NCBI GenBank assembly: GCA_035382325.1
Contig: DAOTAC010000001.1
Coordinates: forward strand, 1 to 25,374
DNA: 25,374 nt
Origin: Bacillota bacterium
GTDB lineage: Bacteria > Bacillota > DTU025
Direction of reading: 5' to 3'
Within the stretch, counting starts at the first letter, position 1; each line of letters starts with the position of its first letter. The notes below the pieces were generated by a model. That model did not search any database. It was not told the DNA's origin and saw only the letters and a list, made by a program, of their open reading frames with translations. Below, piece by piece: positions 16,117 through 23,110 of this stretch. Both the position numbers and the translations under genes were made by a program.

Positions 16117-17968
16117 TATCGGCCAAAGCCTGGGGTCGGAGAGATACAGCTTCACCTGGAACGGCAAGCGCCGCGCCGGACTTATTGCTCAAGCGCCGCC
16201 CGACGGCACGCTCCGTCCTTGCCCCGAGCAGTCAGTCAATTGGGATACGACGCGCAACCTCTTCATCGAAGGTGACAACCTGGAAGTCCTCAAGTTGCTG
16301 CAGAAGTCTTATCACAAGAAAGTGAAGATGATCTACATCGACCCGCCTTACAATACGGGTAAGGATTTTGTGTACCGCGATGACTTCACAGACAGTATCC
16401 AAAACTACTTGAGATTGACGGGGCAGGTGGATGAGGCGGGGCGTCGCCTCTCGGCCAACCCTGAAACATGCGGCCGCTATCATACTAACTGGCTGAACAT
16501 GATGTATCCCCGGATGAGGTTGGCGAGAAACCTCCTGCGAGACGACGGGGTGATCGCCATTTCCATTGATGACCATGAACTGGCCAACCTGCGGAAGATG
16601 TGTGACGAGGTGTTCGGCGAGGAGAATTTCTGCGGTGTGTTCATCTGGGAGAAGAAGAAGAAGCCTTTGTTTCTGGACGCCAACATGGGCACTGTGACCG
16701 AGTACATAATCTGCTTCGCCAAAAACCGGGCACAGTCGCCGCCCTTTGGTGCCGGCGCTGCCCGGGAGGGGAAGAAGTACCCGTTCAACAATGCGGGCAA
16801 CGGCGTTCAGACCCTGACGTTTCCGGCCGGGAGTGTGCGGTTCGGCTTCGGTGATCAGGTGGTGGCGGCTCAGGACATGTCGGAGGGCAGCATCTTCACT
16901 GAACTGCTGGATGATGTGGCGATTGTGGGCGGGCGGAACGCCAATGCATTCCGCCTGAGGGGCGAGTGGCGATACTCCCAGCAGAAGCTGGACGAGTTTG
17001 TGCAGGAAGGCGCAGACATCGTCATAAGCAAGATCCCGTTCAGGCCAAACTATGTCAGCCGTTCGGGCGAGCTGAAGAAGACTTCGAATCTGCTGTCATA
17101 CCGCACCAACGGCGTGCCCACGTATGAGGATGCGACGCAGGAGATCCGAGCCCTTTTCGGGGCCGATGTGATGAGCTACCCCAAGCCCAGCGGGTTGATG
17201 AAGTACCTTGTACGTGCTATGACGGGCGAAGGCGACATCGTCATGGACTTCTTCGCGGGATCCGGGAGCACCGCACACGGCGTCATGCTCCAAAACAGCG
17301 AAGATGGCTACAATCGCCAGTACATACTGGTGCAACTGCCGGAACCTCTGAAGCCTGATGATGCCGAGAGCGGGCCGGCCTTCGAGTTCTGCCGGGCACA
17401 CGGCTTGAGCCCTACAATCGCCGAAATCGGAAAGGAGAGAATCCGACGGGCCGCCACGGCCGCCGCGGCGGGCGCGGTGGAGCGGGGGGCCCTTGGGCTT
17501 GGCCCTGAGTTTGGTCCTGGTCTTGGCGCTGGCCGTGGCTCAGGTCTTGACCTGGGGTTTAGAGTCTTCAGGCTTGACAGCAGCAACCTTTGGCCGTGGG
17601 ACTCGGACCCCCGGAATCTCGAGGAGTCCCTGCTGCAGGCGGTGGAGCGGATCAAGGACGATCGACAAGAGGCAGACGTCCTATACGAGTTGGTGATCCA
17701 GTACGGGCTGGATCTCGCGGCGTCCGTCGAAAGGCGGGAGATCGACGGCAAGGCAGTCTATATAGTGGGTGAGGGCGAACTGGTGGTATGCCTTGCCGAT
17801 CATATCAGCTCGAGACTTGCTCTCGGCATTGCGCGACTCCGCGCGGAGCTTGCGGCGGCCCAGATGCAGGTGGTGCTCAGGGACGCAGGCTTCGACAGCG
17901 ATGCCGACAGAATCAACACCATACAGGTTCTGCGCGGGGCGGGGGTTGAAAGCGCAAAGACGCTGTGA
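16097..17968 (+). CDS. mod: Type III R-M adenine methyltransferase Mod, copy 2 (short N-terminus, C-terminal domain present)
   Basis: ATG 16097 follows SD AGGAGGG inside res (20-nt overlap). ERYSFTWNGK starts at residue 15, then IEGDNLEVLKLL, IDPPYNTG, a TRD unrelated to mod1, YPKP, DFFAGSGST, and the C-terminal domain from LDSSNL...LYEL...GLDL to VVLRDAGF. Confidence 0.92.
   Translation: MQGLDPSIGQSLGSERYSFTWNGKRRAGLIAQAPPDGTLRPCPEQSVNWDTTRNLFIEGDNLEVLKLLQKSYHKKVKMIYIDPPYNTGKDFVYRDDFTDSIQNYLRLTGQVDEAGRRLSANPETCGRYHTNWLNMMYPRMRLARNLLRDDGVIAISIDDHELANLRKMCDEVFGEENFCGVFIWEKKKKPLFLDANMGTVTEYIICFAKNRAQSPPFGAGAAREGKKYPFNNAGNGVQTLTFPAGSVRFGFGDQVVAAQDMSEGSIFTELLDDVAIVGGRNANAFRLRGEWRYSQQKLDEFVQEGADIVISKIPFRPNYVSRSGELKKTSNLLSYRTNGVPTYEDATQEIRALFGADVMSYPKPSGLMKYLVRAMTGEGDIVMDFFAGSGSTAHGVMLQNSEDGYNRQYILVQLPEPLKPDDAESGPAFEFCRAHGLSPTIAEIGKERIRRAATAAAAGAVERGALGLGPEFGPGLGAGRGSGLDLGFRVFRLDSSNLWPWDSDPRNLEESLLQAVERIKDDRQEADVLYELVIQYGLDLAASVERREIDGKAVYIVGEGELVVCLADHISSRLALGIARLRAELAAAQMQVVLRDAGFDSDADRINTIQVLRGAGVESAKTL
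16139..16625 (+). repeat. Direct repeat copy 2 (mod2 MTase N-terminal half), homologous to 12429-12915
   Basis: Same gap-free alignment at offset 3710 as described for copy 1. Confidence 0.85.
17495..17548 (+). repeat. Degenerate in-frame hexamer tandem repeat in mod2 (Gly-X linker)
   Basis: gggctt ggccct gagttt ggtcct ggtctt ggcgct ggccgt ggctca ggtctt, encoding GLGPEFGPGLGAGRGSGL. Confidence 0.65.
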
Positions 17969-17970
17969 TT

Positions 17971-17998
17971 CACTGGCCATTGCGTCCGAGCATATCCT
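17971..17998 (+). promoter_or_regulatory. SigmaK-like (mother-cell sporulation) promoter candidate
   Basis: cACt (17971-17974), 16 nt, CATATCCT (17991-17998). Compare the B. subtilis sigmaK consensus mACm-N16-CATA---T. The -10 box also fits sigmaE. Confidence 0.45.
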
Positions 17999-18052
17999 GC
18001 TATTGTCGACCAACTCCTACCGAGGTGTCCATGATGTGTCGACGAGAGGTGG

Positions 18053-18514
18053 GTGAAAATGCAGGATTTCTCGGATTCCGCAAAGTACCAGTGCGGGCAC
18101 CCGATGGCCAAGATCCTTGCCGACCACTGTGATCCTTGCGGCCGTCCCGTTGCCGTGGAATTCTCATGCGGCGACTGTTCCAAGAAGGCTCTTAACGCCA
18201 AGGTAAAGGATATTTGCGCCGGGTTGCTTATCCTGACGCCCTTCGACGCAGGGGGCATCGACATCAAGGTATTCTGTGGAGGCGCGCTGGTAGAGAGAGA
18301 GACGGCGCAGGTGGTGGTCATTCCTCTGGAACGGGTGTGCGCTGTGGAGGTGGGGGCTCGCGAGGTGGACGGATGTCCTCCGTGTCCTCCCTGCCCGCCG
18401 CCATGTTCTGCGTGTCCACCATGTCCACCGTGTCCGCCTTGCCCTCCCTGTCCGCCATGCCCTTCGAACGGGCGACCTCCGACGACCGGGCCGGTGAGCA
18501 CTGGGCCGTCCTAA
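18053..18514 (+). CDS. Small cysteine-rich protein with (Cys-Pro-Pro)n tail; candidate spore coat/exosporium structural protein
   Basis: SD GAGAGGTG precedes GTG 18053/ATG 18059. 18 Cys in 153 aa. The N-terminal domain has HCxxC and CxxC; the tail is CPPCPPCPPPCSACPPCPPCPPCPPCPPCP. Function is inference. Confidence 0.75.
   Translation: MKMQDFSDSAKYQCGHPMAKILADHCDPCGRPVAVEFSCGDCSKKALNAKVKDICAGLLILTPFDAGGIDIKVFCGGALVERETAQVVVIPLERVCAVEVGAREVDGCPPCPPCPPPCSACPPCPPCPPCPPCPPCPSNGRPPTTGPVSTGPS
18374..18463 (+). repeat. 9-nt-period coding repeat TGY-CCN-CCN (10 Cys units)
   Basis: tgtcctccg tgtcctccc tgcccgccg cca tgttctgcg tgtccacca tgtccaccg tgtccgcct tgccctccc tgtccgcca tgccct. Units differ almost only at synonymous positions. 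Confidence 0.9.
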
Positions 18515-18601
18515 CGGCTGAAGGCCGCGCGGAGCTCCAGGTGTAGTTCGGGCTTCGGGCGGCCTTGACAATGTGCAGGGCGCTGTGACTACATGCACAT
18601 A

Positions 18602-18618
18602 TTGTACAAGTTGTACAA
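18602..18618. promoter_or_regulatory. Candidate operator TTGTACAA-G-TTGTACAA
   Basis: The 8-bp palindrome occurs twice, 9 nt apart, so it is both a direct and an 8-1-8 inverted repeat. It sits in an AT-rich patch upstream of the likely start of the c-di-GMP enzyme. Confidence 0.45.
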
Positions 18619-18695
18619 GGTTTTTGGTGAGAGATGTAGAAACACAGACAGTGTCTGCAGCGCTTCTGCCTGTGGGCAAATCGGGGGTATCGAGG

Positions 18696-21287
18696 GTGCG
18701 CAGTCCAGACAAGGTTTCATGGCCTTCACACGTGTATGTGGGAATACTGGTGTGGGCGTTGATCGTGCCGGTGGGCTGGGTTGTTTTGGGAAGTTCCACG
18801 CCGGCGCTGGCGTTTTCGTTTGAGACGGCGTCCATTTTCTTTGCTGTGCTCGCTTTCTTTACCGCATGGCACACTTACGGGTACTCTCGTTCGAGCTACT
18901 TGCTGTTCATAGGCATGACGCAGCTGATAGTGGCTTTACTCGACTCCTTCAGCCTCATATCCAGTCCCGTGCTCAGGCTCAGCATTGAACTGGGGATCCA
19001 GCATCAGATGCAGTTTTGGGCTGCGGCGCGGACGATCCACGCTTTTTCCATGTTCCTGGCGCCCAGATACGCCCGGCTTCGCCGCCCGAGTATTCGCATG
19101 CTGGCTGGTTCCGCGTTATTGGCTATTGCGCTGGTAGCTGCGATAGTGTGGCTGCCCGGGTTCCCTGAGCTCGCGACGGTGGATGGCGCGTTGACTCCCG
19201 ACATGGTTGTGATCAACTACCTTATCCTTGGGGTCCTTGCTCTCAGTGTGATCGGCCAGACTCTGTCGGACGTCCGTGATCGGGTGCTGCGCGAGCTGAT
19301 GACCGCGTCATTGGCAGTCGCTGTGGTGTCGCAAGCCTCGTTTACTGTTGCCGGGCCTATCACCAACTACATGACTGCAGGCGCGGGCCTTTTCGGCCAC
19401 ATTGCGAAGGCGCTATCATACTGGCTTGTGTATGAGGCCGTGGTCATCGGGGGCTATGAGCATCCTCTTGCCCGCCTGCGCGATGGCCTGAGACACGTTC
19501 GGGCGACGCGGCGGGTCACGTTGTCTAGCGTGGGCGACGGGGCGATCACCACCAACAAAGACGGGAAGGTCACGCTGCTTAATCCCGAGGCATCGAGGAT
19601 TACGGGATGGACAGAGCACGATGCTTTGGGAGTCGACATTGACAGCGTGTTTCGGCTGTCGCTTATGGGGGCAGGTTCATCGGCGGGGCGGAGATCTCGC
19701 AGCACTTGTCTCACCGAGTCGGTTGTCTATGCCAAGGATGCCAGCATCAGATACGTGGAGTACACTTCCTCGCCAATCCACGGGCCGGACGGCGGCGATC
19801 TGGGCGAAGTCATAGTCTTCAGGGAGATTTCGGAACGTGTGCAGAAAGATGAACTCATCAAGACAAGCATGGAGAAATACCGTGCGCTGTTTGAGCACAT
19901 GCCCAATGGAGTCGCCGTGTATCGCTCAGTTGACGGAGGCAAGGATTTCGTGTTCGTGGAGTTCAACCGGGCAGGCGAACTCATCGAAGGCATCGATGCG
20001 GCGAGCGTTGTGGGGAGGCGCCTGACTGAGGTGTTCCCCGGATTGGCGAAAATGGGCCTGATGGAAGCGTTGCAGAGGGTGTGGCTTACAGGACATTCGG
20101 AAAGGCTCTCACCTGCCTACTGCGAGAATGGACCTCGCTCCGGGTGGAGGGAGAACTGGATATACCGCGTACCGTCGGGAGAGGTGGTCGCCGTTTTCCA
20201 GGACGTCACCGAGCGTGTCCAGGCCGAACAGAGGGTTGAGTACCTTACCGTCCACGATGCCTTGACAGGCCTGTACAACCGTCGTCACCTGGAACAGGTC
20301 GTCAGCCAGTTGGACGTAGAGGCTGTAGTGCCGGTGAGTGTGGTGTTCGGAGACGCCAACGGGCTCAAGCTTGCAAACGATGCCTTCGGCCATGAGGCCG
20401 GCGACAGGCTGCTGGTCAACATCGCTAAGGTGCTGCAAGCGTGTAGTCGGAGCGATGACATCATCGTGAGGATGGGCGGCGATGAGTTCGTAGTCATCAT
20501 GCCTGGGGTGCGTGAGGGTGAAGCCGCCGAGGCTGTCGTGCGGATGAGGCGCGCCTTCGATGAGGCTCCCGCAGATCCTGTGCGGGTAAGCTTGGCCCTG
20601 GGATCCTCCACTCGCTCCACCCCGTCGGTCTCTCTTCGCGAAGTGCTTGCCGACGCTGAGAAGCACGCTTACCGGCAGAAACTGGCCGAAAGCAAGAGCG
20701 CGCGGGGGTCTCTCATGAAATCGCTCCTTAGAACTTTGGCTGTGAAGACGCCTGAGACTGAGGATCATGTGTTGCGCATGCGCGAGCTTGCGCTGGAGCT
20801 CGGGCGCAACCTCGGCTTGCCCGACAGCACTCTGGACGACCTTGCAGTGTTGACTCTGATTCATGATATCGGCATGGTGGGGATTCCAGACAGCATCCTG
20901 ACAAAGGTCGACGATCCGCTCTCTCATGATGAGCAAGAGGCGCTGAAGAAGCATCCGGAAATCGGCTACAGGGTGGCACAGGCCTCAATAGAGCTGGCCC
21001 ACGTGGCCGATGGAATACTGTCACACCACGAGAACTGGGATGGCACGGGATATCCGCAGGGCCTCAAGGGTGAGGAGATTCCGCTGATTGCACGGATTGT
21101 GGCCATAGTCGACGCGTACGATAGCATGACGGCAGGCCGAAGCTACAAGGCGGCTAGATCTAAGAAGGAGGCCATTGATGAGATCCGGAAGCTTGCGGGA
21201 GCGCGCTTCGACCCCGATCTGGCAGAGGCCTTCGCCAGGGTCATCAGCGGTCACGAGGGTTTTCGCTTCGGCACAATTGAACGATAG
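18696..21287 (+). CDS. Membrane-anchored MASE3-PAS-PAS-GGDEF-HD-GYP protein (diguanylate cyclase/phosphodiesterase)
   Basis: MASE3-like TM region (AWHTY..LLFIG..QFWAAAR..GHIAKALSY); PAS (SSVGDGAITTNKDGKVTLLNP; LFEHMPNGVAVY); GGDEF (HDALTGLYNRR, NDAFGHEAGD, RSDD I-site, GGDEF); HD-GYP (HDIG, HHENWDGTGYP, VDAYDSM). Start uncertain: GTG 18696 chosen, ORF open from 18573. Confidence 0.88.
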   Translation: MRSPDKVSWPSHVYVGILVWALIVPVGWVVLGSSTPALAFSFETASIFFAVLAFFTAWHTYGYSRSSYLLFIGMTQLIVALLDSFSLISSPVLRLSIELGIQHQMQFWAAARTIHAFSMFLAPRYARLRRPSIRMLAGSALLAIALVAAIVWLPGFPELATVDGALTPDMVVINYLILGVLALSVIGQTLSDVRDRVLRELMTASLAVAVVSQASFTVAGPITNYMTAGAGLFGHIAKALSYWLVYEAVVIGGYEHPLARLRDGLRHVRATRRVTLSSVGDGAITTNKDGKVTLLNPEASRITGWTEHDALGVDIDSVFRLSLMGAGSSAGRRSRSTCLTESVVYAKDASIRYVEYTSSPIHGPDGGDLGEVIVFREISERVQKDELIKTSMEKYRALFEHMPNGVAVYRSVDGGKDFVFVEFNRAGELIEGIDAASVVGRRLTEVFPGLAKMGLMEALQRVWLTGHSERLSPAYCENGPRSGWRENWIYRVPSGEVVAVFQDVTERVQAEQRVEYLTVHDALTGLYNRRHLEQVVSQLDVEAVVPVSVVFGDANGLKLANDAFGHEAGDRLLVNIAKVLQACSRSDDIIVRMGGDEFVVIMPGVREGEAAEAVVRMRRAFDEAPADPVRVSLALGSSTRSTPSVSLREVLADAEKHAYRQKLAESKSARGSLMKSLLRTLAVKTPETEDHVLRMRELALELGRNLGLPDSTLDDLAVLTLIHDIGMVGIPDSILTKVDDPLSHDEQEALKKHPEIGYRVAQASIELAHVADGILSHHENWDGTGYPQGLKGEEIPLIARIVAIVDAYDSMTAGRSYKAARSKKEAIDEIRKLAGARFDPDLAEAFARVISGHEGFRFGTIER

Positions 21288-21307
21288 CGGACTTCTGCCG
21301 ACGATGG

Positions 21308-21334
21308 GTGTGATGATAAGATAGGGTATCACAC
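21308..21334. promoter_or_regulatory. Inverted repeat upstream of the MFS gene
   Basis: GTGTGAT-N13-ATCACAC in the 69-bp intergenic gap. Role unknown. Confidence 0.3.
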
Positions 21335-21356
21335 TAGTTGAAGGCGGTGCTGGTAG

Positions 21357-22556
21357 GTGGTACCTGACCGGAGTCTCGCGTGGCTTGCGATACTAACCTT
21401 CGTAGTCAGCTTCAGCTCCGGGATGACAGGCCCGGTCTTTCCCCTTCACGCCCAGGCTCTGGGCGCCACGTATGAGCAGATCGGCATGGTATCGGCCGCA
21501 GGTTCGCTGATCCATGCGGGCTTCGCTTCCCGTGCTGGCCGACTTGCCGACCAGCTCGGGCACGACCTCATGTTCCTCCTGTCTTCGCTGACAATAGTCC
21601 TTTCGACGACGGCCTACTTCTTCTCCCGGACGCTGCTCATGGCTGGGCTGGGCAAGGCCCTGGATTCGTTGTTCATAGCGTCGTACTGGCCGGCTTTGGA
21701 GAGCGCGTCGCACTCGTCAGGCAGCGCCGCGGGGCATTCGCTCGGCGTGGTGTACACGGTCTACCCTATGGCCACCTTCGCCGCCAGCGCTGCCACTGGC
21801 TGGCTCGCGGGTCGGCTGGGCTACCGCGCGTCTTTCGCTGCTGCGCTAGTGGGCGGGGTGGCGGCGGTGGTCGGCGTATCAATCGGGCTGAGCAGGCGCC
21901 GCAGACTCGACGCGGGGTATGGCGATGCGACCGTTCGGGTCGGTCGCCGGCTGCGCGCGCGTGGAGAGCGATCAAAAGGGAACGTCCGACTGCTGCCCGG
22001 TTCAGGGCTGCGGTTCGCCGCGGCGCTCACCGCGTGTTTCACGTACTGCGTGCTTGTGGGAGAGGCGTTTACTTTCGTGCCGCTGCTGGCGGAGGCAAGA
22101 GGGCTTCGGGTTGAACTGGTCGGCCTGCTGGTAGGGGTCTTCTGGCTGGGCAGGACTGCCACAAGTCTGCCCGCGGGCATGCTGGCGGATCGCGTCGGCG
22201 TTGATGTTGTGCTCATACCTGCTTTCATAGTGGGCGGCATCGGCTCAGCCGTAGTGGCATGGCACGCGGCGCCCGTTGTCATGTTTGTCGGAGTAACGAT
22301 GATGGGTTTGTGCGCTGGGGCGGTAGCGCCTGTAGCGATGGTTCTGGGGGCACAGTGTGTCGACCCGGGATCACACGGCTGGGCCCTCGGGCTGTGTGAA
22401 ACCTTCTGTGGCATTGGGTTCATCTCCACCGGGCTTGTGGGAGGCGTGCTTGCCGGGCGGTGTGGGCTGGCAGTTCCTTTTGCTGCAGGGGCGGCAGTGT
22501 GCACTGCTGTGGCGCTGGGGCTGGCTCTGGCGTCTAGGCGCGGCAGACGGAGCTGA
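21357..22556 (+). CDS. Major facilitator superfamily transporter
   Basis: About 12 hydrophobic segments in two halves, with motif-A-like GRLADQLG and GMLADRVG. Substrate not inferable. Confidence 0.85.
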   Translation: MVPDRSLAWLAILTFVVSFSSGMTGPVFPLHAQALGATYEQIGMVSAAGSLIHAGFASRAGRLADQLGHDLMFLLSSLTIVLSTTAYFFSRTLLMAGLGKALDSLFIASYWPALESASHSSGSAAGHSLGVVYTVYPMATFAASAATGWLAGRLGYRASFAAALVGGVAAVVGVSIGLSRRRRLDAGYGDATVRVGRRLRARGERSKGNVRLLPGSGLRFAAALTACFTYCVLVGEAFTFVPLLAEARGLRVELVGLLVGVFWLGRTATSLPAGMLADRVGVDVVLIPAFIVGGIGSAVVAWHAAPVVMFVGVTMMGLCAGAVAPVAMVLGAQCVDPGSHGWALGLCETFCGIGFISTGLVGGVLAGRCGLAVPFAAGAAVCTAVALGLALASRRGRRS

Positions 22557-22607
22557 CATGCCGGTCCGTTGGCCCAGTGCAACACGGCATTATGACGCGA
22601 ATGGGAG

Positions 22608-22635
22608 AACCCTGTCCGAACTTGCGTCATACGAT
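22608..22635 (+). promoter_or_regulatory. SigmaK-like (mother-cell sporulation) promoter candidate
   Basis: aACc (22608-22611), 16 nt, CATACGAT (22628-22635): a full match to mACm-N16-CATA---T. Confidence 0.55.
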
Positions 22636-22687
22636 GCTTCTAGGGACAGTTAGCTCCCCATAATGCCATGAGAAGGTGGGCAGTACA

Positions 22688-23041
22688 GTGAACGGATGGA
22701 TGTGTCCTACTAGCCCGTACGGCGGATACGGAGCGTACCCCTACAGGCGCTGGCGCGATCCTGAAGGCGAGTACGAGTGGGAAGAGCGCCATATGCTGCG
22801 CGAGATCTACCGGGGTATGCATCATCTGCTGAGGGAAGAGGCCGAAGAGGCCCACAAGATCGACGAGATATACCATTTGTGCCACGATATTGCGAGGATG
22901 GTGGCCGGCCAAAGACCCATGGAGATGCCGGAGACGGTCATGCCTCCGATGCCGATGGTCCCACCGATGGCGCCGTCACCTGTGGTCGCGCCTGGTCCGA
23001 TGTATCCGTGCCCCAGCAGGCCTCCAATGGGAGTCATCTAG
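22688..23041 (+). CDS. Small Tyr/Gly-, His/Glu- and Met/Pro-rich protein; candidate spore coat protein
   Basis: SD AAGGTGGG lies 7 nt before GTG 22688. Three blocks: YGGYGAYPY; a charged helical middle (EERHMLREIYRGMHHLLREE); and PMEMPETVMPPMPMVPPMAP. Followed by an intrinsic terminator. Confidence 0.72.
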   Translation: MNGWMCPTSPYGGYGAYPYRRWRDPEGEYEWEERHMLREIYRGMHHLLREEAEEAHKIDEIYHLCHDIARMVAGQRPMEMPETVMPPMPMVPPMAPSPVVAPGPMYPCPSRPPMGVI

Positions 23042-23085
23042 CGGATCAAGGCGACGCGACACGATTCGACGAGACTGGACGAGAC

Positions 23086-23110
23086 AGGGCGGGGCGGGGC
23101 CCCGCCTTTT
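23086..23110 (+). terminator. Rho-independent terminator
   Basis: Stem ggcggggc (23088-23095) / gccccgcc (23099-23106), followed by TTTTGTT. Confidence 0.75.

Noticed and set aside
16040-16150. Res endonuclease domain hidden by a frameshift
   Set aside because: mod2 starts inside the res 3' end, leaving no room, and no frame shows a nuclease motif.
16651-16663. (GAA)4 run in mod2 as a phase-variation tract
   Set aside because: Short, trinucleotide and in frame (EKKKK). No frameshifting simple repeat was seen in either mod, so there is no evidence for a classical phasevarion.
17800-18501. Antisense ORF with Gly-Gly-His/Gln repeats, resembling a metal-binding His-rich protein
   Set aside because: It is the mirror of the CPP repeat. 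Repeat variation is synonymous in the plus frame but switches His/Gln in the minus frame; the plus ORF has an SD and promoter; the minus ORF also overlaps mod2.
18565-18595. Perfect TTGACA as a sigmaA -35 for the c-di-GMP gene
   Set aside because: No acceptable -10 hexamer at 16-18 nt spacing.
22601-22661. Imperfect long hairpin (gggag..ctgtcc / ggacag..ctccc) around the second sigmaK-like promoter
   Set aside because: Stems are only 5-6 bp with bulges, and it spans the presumed TSS, so it could not form in the transcript.
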